Shown here: positions 10,770 to 23,670 of the stretch, piece after piece | How positions within the stretch are numbered: the first letter of the stretch is position 1 | Layout: each line of letters opens with the position of its first letter | Assembly: GCF_001194135.2 (NCBI RefSeq) | Contig: NC_068993.1 | Span: 1,567,642 to 1,610,201 of the forward strand | Direction: 5' to 3' | DNA from: Octopus bimaculoides | Taxonomy: Eukaryota | Length of the DNA stretch: 42,560 nt | Position numbers and translations under genes: made by a program | Notes under the pieces: generated by a model | The model's database searches: none | The model's input: only the letters and a program-made list of their open reading frames with translations | Told to the model about the DNA's origin: nothing

Positions 10770-10928
10770 ACAGACCAAAGTTTAGTATTTCCAACGTTAT
10801 CTCCTTCTTCCACTGATGCTGCTGTATAAGACCAGGATTGGAATCTAGTAACGATGTTTATTAACGAGTGTCTGACTCGCAAACTTAGTTGAACCATAGC
10901 TAGTCTTAGTGAAGGGTATGTACCAGAT

Positions 10929-10963
<35 letters not shown>

Positions 10964-11203
10964 TTTGTTACTACATCACACGACACACACATGCACAGCA
11001 AACATACAAATACACACACACAACACATACATGCATATAAACACACACACGCGCACATACTCACACACACACACATATTCTAAAGTCTCAGTTTCATGGC
11101 TTCTTCTTTCCCTTAGAAACTTTTTCATAATTAATAGATTCATTTTTTTACAATTTTAATTATCATTAACCTTGTATATTATTGTACAGTCTTCTTGCAG
11201 GAG

Positions 11204-11280
11204 TACACAGGGTGTCCATAAATTACCTTTACAATTTGAAGTGTGGAAGTTGTTAAGATAATGTATGGACACTCTGTATA
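11204..11280. mobile_element. About 77 bp Tc1/mariner-type MITE
   Basis: Ends TACACAGGGTGTCCATA and TATGGACACTCTGTATA are 15/17 reverse complements. Confidence 0.55.
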
Positions 11281-13559
11281 TTTGTGTGTGATGTAATGTA
11301 TATTGATATGTATGCATGCTTGTGTGTTTGTTTATGTGTGTGTGTGTGTGCATGTTAGTGTGTCTTTGATAGAGTCCCCAATATAATTAATTACTGATCA
11401 ATATTTTGTTGGCCCCCACCCCCAAGCCACCTTCTTCTGTTTCATGATAACCTCGATGTCCATGTCCCCTTTCCAGATCATTTTCTGTTACCCTAACAAA
11501 TTGTATTCCCCTTTCCTCCCCGTCCCCCACCTCAATATTTCAAGATATTCTTTACCAACTGAAGTAAATTGATGTCTCTTAGGTTTCACACTCAATTCTT
11601 CCTTCTTTCTATCCCACACCGGAGATTGCTTTCCAATTCTCAAAGACCTTTCAAATTAAAAAAAACAAACAAAATGGCTTCTGTTGTGTTTTAGGAATTG
11701 TAAAATCTCAATTAAACAAATAATTGTATTAATAAGCTAAGAATGTTTATTAGGCATTTATTGATAAGCTTGGTTTGTTTAGAGAATATATTTGTATATA
11801 TGTATATATATTTAATGTGTGTTTGTTGACCTGAGTGATGGCAAAGAGCAATGAGTGTGAAATGTATATATAATGTGATATTATGTATATATTGACTATC
11901 AAGTGTATATAATGTTTGATGTATATGTTAAGTATTGTATATTATACACTGTATATATGTGAATATGTTCATTTACATTTTGTTGTTAGTTTATGAACAT
12001 CTGTGTATGTATGTGTGTGTGTATATATATATATGTGTGTGTGTGTACATGTGTGTGTGTATATATGTGTGTGTGTGTGTGTACAGTGTAAAACTCAGAT
12101 GAAGATAAAATTGAATATGTTATGTAAATAGAGTGTAGATTGATTCATTAAAGAATTGACTGCGTGCATGTGTGTGTGTGTGCATACGCATGTGTGTGTG
12201 TATGAATATATACTCATGGATGTGTATGTGTGTGTCTGTGAGTATACATATTTATTTGGGATGTATGTATATATTGATGTTTTGTTCTCTCTATGTACTT
12301 GTTTGTGTTTGTGTGTGTGTCTGTATGTGATATGTACTTTGTTGTGTGTATCCGTATGTGTAAATATGATAGGTTGATACTCCATTCCAGATAAAATTTC
12401 CCCCAAATTCTAGAACTCATTTTCTACATTAGCTGTCCTGAAGCATATAGAATTTAAATGTCCAAATACTCAACAGGACATCAGTTGTGGATATAAAGTA
12501 ACAAGCTATGATAACTAAAACTGTTTTCAACTTTTAAGTCTAAAAAGATTAATATTTTTTAATTAATGTTATCGATTAAAAGTTGTTTAATTTTCCCTTC
12601 CAGACATTCCAGTAACATCTTTCTACTCAACCCTTCTAATCTCATCAATGTTTATCATATGATTGATTGTTTGAAAACTGTTTTGGAATCAATAAATTTT
12701 TTCCTCTGTCTCTCTCAGACTATAAACTCTGACCTTTTAAATCATGACCTATTTTTACATCATTCTTAATCCCTTAATGTATGTCTTGAGCCTTTGATAT
12801 CTGGATCTTGACCCTTGAGACTTTGATATATAAACCTTGATTCACTGATGCAACAATTTTCACCTGTTTTAATCGATAACATACTAAACAAATTGCCAAA
12901 ACTGTTATGACATACCATGACTATTTTAAATGTTTTATTCTTTTTATTACATAGAAAAACAAAATGAGTGTATGTGTTGCACTTGGCCTCAAAGGAACAC
13001 ATATGCACCAATGTTGTGCCTTAAAACACTAAAGTTTCCTAAATACCCTGGTATTTTCTGAGTCACCTCAAAGACATGCAGCACACCTGCAGGCAATCTA
13101 TGGCACAATAATCCCCACAAAGCACATTGATTGACAATTGCTACATCAATATATAAGTGTTGAGCCTTTGATGTAGGGGGATGTGGATCCATTAATAGAT
13201 AGAGTCAATGACTTTATATTACACCATGCTTTCATACATTTCATCATATATAAACATTACCATGTTCTTCAACATATGAAAGGAATATATATATATAAAA
13301 GCACGGAAGGTAAAAGATATATATGCAAATAAAAGTACAAAATATATAGAACGGCCTATCAAGAAAAGGTATATACAATCGACTAAAAATAAGTAATCAA
13401 AATGAATTACTAAAGTGTGTAAAGCAACTAAAAAAACTAAAAAATAAAAAAATAACTAAAAAGATATATCAAAATAGTTCATTTCTGAAAAAAACCCATT
13501 GTAGGTTGAAGTCCAAGGAGCATAAAAAGTTCCACAAAATCAGGTCAAAACACACCTAT

Positions 13560-14096
13560 GGCCTTTTTGGTAGTTCACTGCCGCAGTCCGGTTGCGAGTT
13601 AAAGCACATCTCAGCAATGACCCCCTCATCAGGATGAACAGGAATTTCACAAAAGTTACAATACAGGTGCAGAAACTTATTTAAAGATAACAACTTATAG
13701 CAGGACCAGTCTAAAATTTTATAACACACACACAAAAAAAAATAATAATTTGATGGCCAAACATGTAGGTGGTTGCTAATCATAGGAATTTTACTATCCA
13801 GTTTAGAAACCCGGTAGGCAAACTAAATACTATTTACCACATCTAGCTTTACTTCTATTTACTTTCAGAACAGTAGAAGAAAACTTATGGTTGCAGAAAG
13901 GGATCACCTCTGTAAATTTATTTAATGTTTTAGGCCCAAAGGACCTAAGGATGGCAAGAGATTCCCTTATACGCAACTTACACTTGTTAATATTAACTCT
14001 AATATTAGGGGCTCTCAAGATTATAGACCATTCAAGAGAGGAACTTTTATTATTCTACTTTAAACCATGTATATAAGAGGCAAGAGTAGTAGAGTT
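13560..14096 (-). mobile_element. Penelope-like element remnant: C-terminus of GIY-YIG endonuclease plus 3' flank
   Basis: Frame 14096-13830 reads NSTTLASYIHGLK*NNKSSSLEWSIILRAPNIRVNINKCKLRIRESLAILRSFGPKTLNKFTEVIPFCNHK. This fits the PLE pattern NSTxLSxYIWxLK...WSI..RA...C.LC..E.L.IL......LNK.SE....C.H as recalled. CTGATGA lies downstream at 13632-13626. Confidence 0.7.
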
Positions 14097-14639
14097 ACAA
14101 TATTTTTCATCTGAAAATAAATTCATGTGGGTCCTATACCTTGCTTTAAAATTGACAGTACTACTTATGTAAAACTGATCCAAATTACCCCCCTCTTTAA
14201 CAATGCATTTATAAATAACATTTGTAGTCAGACTGAATCTGTCAAGGGGATGTAACCTAGGGTTTCTACAATTACAGGATTTTTAGTCACTTAACATGCT
14301 TTAGTAATTCATTTTGATTACTTATTTTTAGTTGATTGTATATACCTTTTCTTGATAGGCCGTTCTATATATTTTGTACTTTTATATATGTATTCCTTTT
14401 ATATGTTGAGGGCCATGGTAATGTTTATATATGATCAAATGTGTGGAAGTGTGGTGTTATATAAAGTCGTTGACCTGAATTTGTTGTTTGTTCTCTGATT
14501 AATTTTTTTTTTTGTCTCTGTCTCATTTACATTTGAACACTTCTTTTTCGCAGTCCTATAAACCCTTTTGTTTCCATAAAAGTAATGCACACACACACAT
14601 ATACACACACAGACACACACACACACTGAGGGGGCCAAC

Positions 14640-14810
14640 CTCACTAGTGCTGGTGCTACAAAAAGTACTCTATACACTTTGCATGATGAAAGGCATCAAG
14701 CCATAGAAACCCTGCCAAAGAAGACATTGGAACATGATGCAGTCCTCTGATCCATCAGATCCTATCAAACCATCCACTTATGCCTATATAAAAGATGGTG
14801 ATGATGAAAA
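14640..14810 (+). mobile_element. Highly decayed copy of the GAT-tailed retroposon end
   Basis: AGTGCTGGTGCTACAAAAAGTAC...AAGGCATCAAGCCATAGAAACCCTGCCAAA...GGTGATGATGA. Confidence 0.45.
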
Positions 14811-14917
14811 CATAAAAAATTTAATTAGTGGTTGATTGAAAAGTTTGTTCCCACACAGGAATGAGTATCTTGTACCCTAAGTTAAAATTCAATATTTAAA
14901 TTATCTGATTACATATA

Positions 14918-16189
14918 TCAGGCTGAGTAAAAAGTAAGCAACGTTTTGAAACATGAAATTCATTAAAATATATTTCAATGCTGCGGATATTTTATTCATC
15001 AAAATAAGTATCATTACAATCAACACATTTTTGCCAATGAGTTACAAGTTGGATTATTCAGGTAAGGTAAAAACCTGGAGTTCTGGTGCTGATGAAGTCT
15101 TTGAACACACTTTGATTTTTAAACTCCTTCTCTCGCAGGAAACCATCAAGATGCTTGAAAAAGTGGAAGTCGGTAGGAGAAAGGTCTGGGGAATTAACTG
15201 GGTGGGGAAGAACTTTGTAGCCAAGCTCCTTCAACTGCTGGAGCGTCATTAGTGAAACGTGTGGTGGAGCCTTGTCATGAAGAATGATTGGCCCTCTTTT
15301 GTTCACCAGTCTGGGATGGAGGAGTAGGAGTTTTTCATTCATTTTGACAACTTCATGGCAATATGTTTCTGTAGTAATAGGTTTTCCAGCTTTTAAGAAG
15401 TTATAGTGGATGAGTCCAGTCATACACCACCAAACAGTCACCGTAACCTTCTTTTTGAAGAGCTCAGGTTTAGAGGAGGTGTTCGACACTTTATTTTGGT
15501 CCAACCACTGCGAAGAATCTACTATTGTACAGAATCTACTTTTCATTGCAAGTTACAATACGGTCGAGAAATGGGTCAGTCTAGTTACAGAGAAGAAGTG
15601 ACAAGCAAATTTCATATCTGTGCATTTTCTAAATTTTCATTCAAATCGTGTGGTAACCATTTGTCAAGCCTTTTTTGATTTTCTGATCGCATGCAATGGT
15701 TGCAGGTATTTTCCTGGCTAACTTGAAGATCTTTTGCCAGTTCTTGAGTGGTTTTACGTGGATCTTTCTCAATGACAGTCCTTAATTGACCGTCATCGAT
15801 GACAGGTGGGCGTCCACTACACTCACGATCTTCAAGGCTCAGGTCTCCACTGCGAACTCATTTAAACCATTTTTGAGCTGACCACTCACTGGTCATTTCC
15901 TCCCCAAACGTTACGTTGATAATGTGAGCAGTTTCAGCTGCTTTACGTCCTTTCTTGAAGTTGAATAGCAAAATTGGTCGAATACTGTGCTTTGACAGTT
16001 CCATTTCAGATGATTGTAACAACAGCGAAAAAAGAATATCAATGTTAATTTATTGATGCATTCGGGCAAAACTGTGTCTGCATTATCAGACCATTGCAAA
16101 ATAATGTTTTAAAAAAATTCAAAATTCTGCAAAAATTTGGTACAAATTCTTCATGGTTCAAAACGTTGCTTACTTTTTTCACAACCTGA
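14918..16189 (-). mobile_element. Full-length (1272 bp) defective mariner DD34D transposon
   Basis: About 40 bp TIRs (TCAGGCTGAGTAAAAAGTAAGCAACGTTTTGAAACATGAA and TCAGGTTGTGAAAAAAGTAAGCAACGTTTTGAACCATGAA) each flanked by TA. Transposase from ATG 16004 contains WLPHDL, RIVTCNEK*, LHDKAPPH and SPDLSPTDFHFF, with 34 residues between the 2nd and 3rd D. Stops and frameshifts present. Confidence 0.95.
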
Positions 16190-16220
16190 TATATATAATA
16201 TTATTATATATGTATGTATA

Positions 16221-16278
<58 letters not shown>

Positions 16279-16690
16279 GTTGTTAAAGAGGACAACAAAC
16301 GTTAAGGCAAGACAAACATCTCAAGACGGAATATTCCATACTTTGGGATATCCCAGGAACAGCTGTAAGATTGAATTTTTTCCAATAATAATAATAACAT
16401 ATATGACTTGAGATAATATACACACATACATACATACATGTACCTACACACATACACTCAAAGCTAAAAAGCAGAAAACATGACAGAAGAGCCTTTTGAT
16501 CAAAACTATTGGATGCTGATGGGAGGGGGGGTTGTGGACTGAGAAGTAGGGGGGAAATCTATACCTGAATATGTATACTAGCAGTCTTGAAGTTTCAGTG
16601 CAGAAACGGTGTGTTTCTTAAGCAGCATCATACATCAGTGTTGCTAATTTTTTTGCAACCAGAACAGGGCTGCAACTAAAAGACAGGGTT

Positions 16691-16758
<68 letters not shown>

Positions 16759-17062
16759 CAAGCATATCTATTTACTTTCGCTTACAATGTATCAGATTTG
16801 TAAGCATAAAAGGGAAACAATAAATGGGAAGAGAAGATGTACTTTTACAATCACCCACCCATAACGGGTTTCATACTTGTGTTTAGAAGGTGAAAGGGAG
16901 GAACTGAGAGAGAGAGAGAGAGAGTGATATCCTTTACAGCAAAGTGAAAGGAAGAAAGTAAAAAGCTAAATTGCTGCAACATACCTTATGTATATAGATA
17001 TGTCATTATGTGTGTGTGTGTGTGTGTGTGTGTGTTCTTATAACTACTTATGGAGAGGCACA

Positions 17063-17215
17063 GTAGTGCTGAACTGGCAGTCATTTGAGATGAAATGCTT
17101 TGCAGTATTTATTCCAACAGTCTGTGCTCTGGGTTCAAATTCTGCCTGACTCAACCTTGCATTTTATCCTTTTGAGGGTCAATAAAAAAGGACCAATCTA
17201 GTGCAGAGGATTGAC
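17063..17215 (+). mobile_element. Decayed copy of the same SINE family
   Basis: GAACTGGCAG...GGGTTCAAATTCTGCC...ATCCTTTTGAGGGTCAATAAAAAAGGACCA. Confidence 0.6.
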
Positions 17216-17820
17216 AGAACTGTAAGAAATATGGGACCAGATATATTGTGGTATTTGTTACATTTCTTTAGACTTTATGTTCAAGCCTCATCTTGGCCTA
17301 CTTGCACAATGCATTTAGAAGTGCCATGTGGCATCTTGGGTGCCTTTAGTGGAATCTTTTCTGTTGGCAGCATTCAAGCCAGGCCTACAGTTCAAGGATA
17401 ACCCCCTCCCTTCCTCCCCCTCTCCCACTAGTCTTGGAGGTGCTGTAAAGAGTCCCGAGATCTGCCTTCCCATCTGACTATAAAAAGTTGCAAGTGTATA
17501 ATATACTAAATATATGTGCGTATATATACATGTGTATCAAGTAAAGAGAAGCAACCATATAAATGTACAATTCTCTTGTTTACATTACGTTGGTCATTAC
17601 ATAATTTCGAACAGCCGTGTTTTGGTTGAATAAAAATGGTGGCCCTGATCAATGAAAATTATTCAGTGTTTTGCCACGAACTTAAACGTCTACCAATACA
17701 TAATTGAGTTAGTATGGACATTTCCCATCAACCTTAGGCTCTACTTTGTATTGAGTACTCTAATTACTGTTTAATGGTAACACATGCACACACATACATA
17801 GACATACATATACATACACA

Positions 17821-17878
<58 letters not shown>

Positions 17879-19650
17879 NNNNNNNNNNNNNNNNNNNNNN
17901 NNNNNNNNNNNNNNNNNNNNNNNNNNNNNNNNNNNNNNNNNNNNNNNNNNNNNNNNNNNNNNNNNNNNNNNNNNNNNNNNNNNNNNNNNNNNNNNNNNNN
18001 NNNNNNNNNNNNNNNNNNNNNNNNNNNNNNNNNNNNNNNNNNNNNNNNNNNNNNNNNNNNNNNNNNNNNNNNNNNNNNNNNNNNNNNNNNNNNNNNNNNN
18101 NNNNNNNNNNNNNNNNNNNNNNNNNNNNNNNNNNNNNNNNNNNNNNNNNNNNNNNNNNNNNNNNNNNNNNNNNNNNNNNNNNNNNNNNNNNNNNNNNNNN
18201 NNNNNNNNNNNNNNNNNNNNNNNNNNNNNNNNNNNNNNNNNNNNNNNNNNNNNNNNNNNNNNNNNNNNNNNNNNNNNNNNNNNNNNNNNNNNNNNNNNNN
18301 NNNNNNNNNNNNNNNNNNNNNNNNNNNNNNNNNNNNNNNNNNNNNNNNNNNNNNNNNNNNNNNNNNNNNNNNNNNNNNNNNNNNNNNNNNNNNNNNNNNN
18401 NNNNNNNNNNNNNNNNNNNNNNNNNNNNNNNNNNNNNNNNNNNNNNNNNNNNNNNNNNNNNNNNNNNNNNNNNNNNNNNNNNNNNNNNNNNNNNNNNNNN
18501 NNNNNNNNNNNNNNNNNNNNNNNNNNNNNNNNNNNNNNNNNNNNNNNNNNNNNNNNNNNNNNNNNNNNNNNNNNNNNNNNNNNNNNNNNNNNNNNNNNNN
18601 NNNNNNNNNNNNNNNNNNNNNNNNNNNNNNNNNNNNNNNNNNNNNNNNNNNNNNNNNNNNNNNNNNNNNNNNNNNNNNNNNNNNNNNNNNNNNNNNNNNN
18701 NNNNNNNNNNNNNNNNNNNNNNNNNNNNNNNNNNNNNNNNNNNNNNNNNNNNNNNNNNNNNNNNNNNNNNNNNNNNNNNCCATCTAACAACCACACATCT
18801 TCCTTCTACCTCCTTCACACCTCCACCGTATACTTCATCCTTAAGATCCATAAGATCCTGAAAACACCAGCCACTCCATCATCTATACTTGTAACTGCCC
18901 CACACAACTTATCCTCTCCTACCTCGACACTCTCTTTCCCTCCAACATCCAGCCATGCTCTCTGCCTCTTCTACTCTCTTCTCGTCCCTTGGCCCCCTCC
19001 CACTACATTTTGATCATGGACACCAATTCTTTATAAATTGTCAACCTCCACAATGAAGGCCTCCATGCCAACTCCAAAACACTTCCTTCTGCATCACTCT
19101 TCGTCCAAGCACCTCTACCCTCCTTTGTCTACCACACCCTCTCTGCACTCTTAATAATTTTCCTTTGTAGAAAAGATCTATGAACAATTCCTGGAGTGAC
19201 TATTCTTTATCAAAACATTAACTTTGTAGTTTTGGTCTGTTTTGGCATCTGACTATGGCAGATATATGGTAAATTAAGCAATTTTTCAAAAAGTAACGGT
19301 ACAATGTTTGTAGTTTCTGATTTTGAAGTGGATTTGATGTGTGAGTGTGGACGAGACAGAACCTTTTGTTAGAAACAACAGTTCAAATTAACATTCTGTC
19401 TCAAATATGAAACCAGTGTATGTTAGAATAAAGAAAACGAAACCTAATCTTTAATTGGACATAAATGTTTGAAGCAATGATTAAACGATACATGAGATGT
19501 TTATGCATACGCAGTTGTTTTGAATTCCATCATTTCTAGCTCAAGGCTAACTTTCTTTGAATATATTCCAACTTTCAAGCCCAATGGGAATTAACACGTA
19601 CTTTAAGAAATTATTATCTCTTATATTTAATTGTTTATGTTAAGATTTTA

Positions 19651-19687
19651 TTTACTCCATGTACCCAGACTTTGTGGACACCCTGTA
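19651..19687 (-). mobile_element. Solo Tc1/mariner-like TIR (TACAGGGTGTCCACAAAGTCTGGGTACATGG on -)
   Basis: Shares the CAGGGTGTCCA terminus with the 11204 MITE; no partner found. Confidence 0.4.
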
Positions 19688-21712
19688 CATAGTATTGTTT
19701 TGAATATTTTTTTTACCATCTTTCAGTTTAAGGGAATGCTTTGTAACAGGATTTCTTTATGTTTCTCAAGGCTTTCCTCCAGTCTCTATTTGATTGTATT
19801 TTTTTATGACCCCATTATTAATGCTTTTGAAATAACTCAATCTTCATCCATGGAAAACGTTCATTCTGTTTATTTTTTTGCACGCTTCATGCTTCATGAA
19901 ATTTCCTCTAAATTTAATGAATGGCCCTGTTTCAATCATCATATTGCAGCATAGACTCTGCTGAAATTCCTCTCTCCTTTTATTATATATACGTGCTTTT
20001 GAACGTAGCAGGGAACAGCTAGCATTTGGCCACTATTTGGATCCTGTTGTGTCCATTACTCTGAATGGTTGGTATTGGTGCAATTTGTCTCTTACTCAAT
20101 CGTGTCACCTGTAGCATATACCTAAAATCACATGGGACAACCTGTTCTCAACCCCGTTTGAGCCTACTGCTCCTTATAAGAATTCACCTTTACCTCGTTT
20201 CGAAGTTTTTTGGTTCCAGACCTTTTAAGGTCTTTCCATTGACCACAGAAGACACAGCCAGTTCCAGCAACAACTCTGGACAACATCAGCTGAGACTGAC
20301 CAACTTTGTCGTCTGCATCATCTCTCTACATACACAGCTCAGCAAGCAATTCACCCAGGTTCCAACACTTCATTATTCGTAAATTACTTCATCATGGATC
20401 AACAACGAATCTACAACCTGCATGAACACTTGTATCAACTGACCCAGGCAGCAGCATCACAGCCATGACTTCACGTACGATCTGTACCAGTAACCGGCTC
20501 AACATATTGTGATATTGGATATGAAGAAATATGAAAAAAAACAAGAAACACATGTGGAAGGGGTCATACCATTTATTGATTATTCTTTAAAAGGGATCAA
20601 AAAGAGAAAAAAGACAAAACCGAAAAAAGAAAAAAAAAAAATTAAGGAAAATTGCAGAGAATTGGAGAAACCTGCAATAAACTCCTTGTTCCTCTAAAAA
20701 CGGTAAATGGGTGTCTTAAAATAGTAAGTAACCTCAGTTAATATTCAAAAAAGAGTGAAAACGAGAGAAAAATTGAAGTTGGTGGGGTGGGCTAGATTGA
20801 TGGAAGGAGACAAGAGGAGGAGGAGGAGGAGAGAAAGAAACAAAAAAAAAATGCAAAATAAAAGTTGTAGGGGTGAAGTGAGAAGGTCGTTATTTAACCC
20901 TTGGTCACTCTCTCCCATTCAGCAGAATTATCCTCAAAAGATCATTCTTGCTGTGATTATCTCACATTTTTGGTGGTTATGGGACTGCCAGCACACACAC
21001 CCACACACATAGAGAGTTCCGGGGGGGGGGGGATATTGCAATATAGCACAAAACAAATTTTGAATCTCAGAGGGTGAATGTTCTCCCAGAAAGGGCTGTG
21101 ATTAGTATTTTTCTTTTCAGTGAGAGAACCTTCAAATTCACAGGCCCTGTCCAAGTTCCCTGGACCATATTTAAGCTCTTTGCACCACAGACAAATGTAC
21201 CAGCTGCACCCCTTTCTTACTGGCTCATCATCATCATTTATGGTCTTCTTTCCACATATCTGGGGACACACGCATATATATTAATACATACATATATATA
21301 TATATAGTTATATACAAATATATATATATATACATACATACACATTTATATACACACACAAACGCATATTTATAGTCATACATAGAAATATACGCATACA
21401 TGTATGAGTGTATGTAAATATTTAAAAGTATTAAGAGAAGCAGGTAGCCCTATAAACATAGGGATTGCAGCATGAACAACACATGGAAGCCATTGCAAAA
21501 CATACAAAGACAAACTACCATTTATTGTCAAATAGATGCATTGTCACGTGATCACTGGCAAAATCTCAATGCATCTGATCTATGAGTTTGTTCTATGTAT
21601 GCTTTGTTTGGTTTACCCCTAAAACTCTGGTTTGAACTGCAACTGAACGTATGATGTTGAGATTGCCTACCAGAAGTGGCTATAGGTGGTTTCTCTTTGA
21701 GCAGGTAGATAA

Positions 21713-21871
21713 AGATTGAAGTAAAAATGAAAAGGCAAACTGTTTGGCATCACTTGAAAAAGACATTTAATTTAGAGAGAGAAGATAAATGATATAAAGA
21801 GTCTCTATCTAAATTAAATGTCTTTTTTAAAGTGATGCCAAATGGTTTGCTTTTTTATTTTACTTTAATCT
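21713..21871. repeat. Long imperfect inverted repeat (arms about 70 bp, loop 19 nt)
   Basis: TTTGGCATCACTTGAAAAAGACATTTAATTTAGAGAGAGA pairs with TCTCTATCTAAATTAAATGTCTTTTTTAAAGTGATGCCAAA. Confidence 0.9.
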
Positions 21872-23214
21872 CTATACATACATACATACATACACACATA
21901 TATATATATATAGATAGATAGATAGATAGAAGCATGCATATATATGGAGGTTTTTCAGTTTCCATCTACCTAATCTACTCACAGGGCTGTGGTCAGCCCT
22001 ACAATACAGTAAAAGACTATATATATATACACACACATATATACATTTAGGCCACCATAAATTATATATACAAATATATATATACATGCAAACACATTTA
22101 TATATAGACATATCTCTCTCTCTTGTAGTGCAACCGAGCACAGTATACCATAAGTTCATTATTACACACACACGTATATTCTCGTTCACATAACATCTAT
22201 ATATATGTTATGTGAACGATAATATTTTGAAGACAAAGGTGTTCAGTATTTAATTTCATATATATATAAATATGTGTGTGTATGTGTAACTGATGAACTA
22301 AATACAATTTACATTAAAAATTTAGTTTATTTTGATCAAAATACCAGCATCTTCAGAGCAAAATTTTTGAATGCTGTTTGCTTGCTTTACTGCCTCTGAC
22401 TGTCACTCACTCCCACTATGTCTCTTGTTTTACTCTTTTCCCCCTATTGTGGCTCATGAGACACACATTGCCTTTTATTAGAAGTACGAAGATATATATA
22501 CACTTGTGTTCCAAAGTTGTTTGTTGTTTTTCCTATGTGGGTCGGTCGCTCTGGTTGGAAGCCCCAAACTATGAACACGACCACGCTGATCACTACCTCC
22601 CTATCAACTTAGCTTGGAATCTCTTATGGCCATTCTTGACACCATCGACCTTGTCCAGCACAAAGAATTCAGAGTTTAAATCCAAATTCATTTGAGCCCT
22701 ACTATGTCACTTCTATATTTAGCACATCAAGCTCTCACCTAATGTCTGTATGCATACATACATATATATGTTGACCAACAAACTCACTGATAAGATGGAA
22801 TGTAATTTTGTCAGAGACCATGTTGTAATCCATGTGATGAAAAATGTCCCCAAATAACAAATAATGTCTAACACTTTAGCATTTAAACTGACCATTTCTG
22901 GCCCAAATGTTCTTCCTGTTTTATATCCAAACTGACCACATCCAACCCCTTGCACCTACCCTACAATGCCATTATAAAATTGTACAAATGCACCATTGAA
23001 ATCTCAAAGTGACAAGATATTCCATGATTAATTGAAAACAATGTGGATAAATAAGTTTTGTATTTGAATGTTAAAAGGGTTAAGTGAAGTGTCTGGATGT
23101 CTTTGGATGGCAGCCATGTGTCTCCCATGCTGCAATTATCATTATTTTAGCTCTAAGACACAGCCATAGACCAAACCACTTGCCTGATAAGTAAATCTCT
23201 AAAATCTCTCTCAC

Positions 23215-23316
23215 CCTCACTCACTCACTCACTCACTCACTCACGCACTCACTCACGCACTCACTCACGCACTCACTCACTCACTCACGCACTCACTCAC
23301 TCACGCACACACACAC

Positions 23317-23386
<70 letters not shown>
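23215..23386. repeat. Compound microsatellite (CACT/CACG)n grading into (CA)n
   Basis: Read directly. Confidence 0.9.
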
Positions 23387-23388
<2 letters not shown>

Positions 23389-23649
23389 ATATACTTAAAT
23401 TATTAATTATTCTCTTCGTTTTCGTATCAGAATCTGTTTTGAATGAGATTGTGACTGTGTAAAGGTTGAAAGGAAAGTAGAGGTGGGGTACAGGCAGAGA
23501 AGAGAGACAAAGGCAAAATGGGAGGAGGAGGAGGATGAGGTACAGACAGACAGGAAGAGAGGAGGCAGTGGCAGAATGGGGGGAGGAGGAGAGATAAAGA
23601 AGGATAAAAGATGGAAAGACGATTGGAACAATAGAGAAAAAAGGGACAA

Positions 23650-23655
23650 TTTATT
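23650..23655 (-). terminator. Candidate poly(A) signal AATAAA 16 nt after the METTL7-like stop
   Basis: TTTATT on +; position only, no transcript evidence. Confidence 0.3.
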
Positions 23656-23670
23656 AGAGATTGGAAACCA

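Noticed and set aside
12960-13190. Possible L1/Tx1-type LINE 3' end (LWGLLCHRLP..VLHVFE, then AATAAA on -)
   Set aside because: The zinc-knuckle cysteines are missing and the similarity is too short to support without a search
17580-17760. Possible second Penelope-like fragment (KVDGKC.. on -)
   Set aside because: Only a few residues resemble the PLE pattern, and frameshifts are needed
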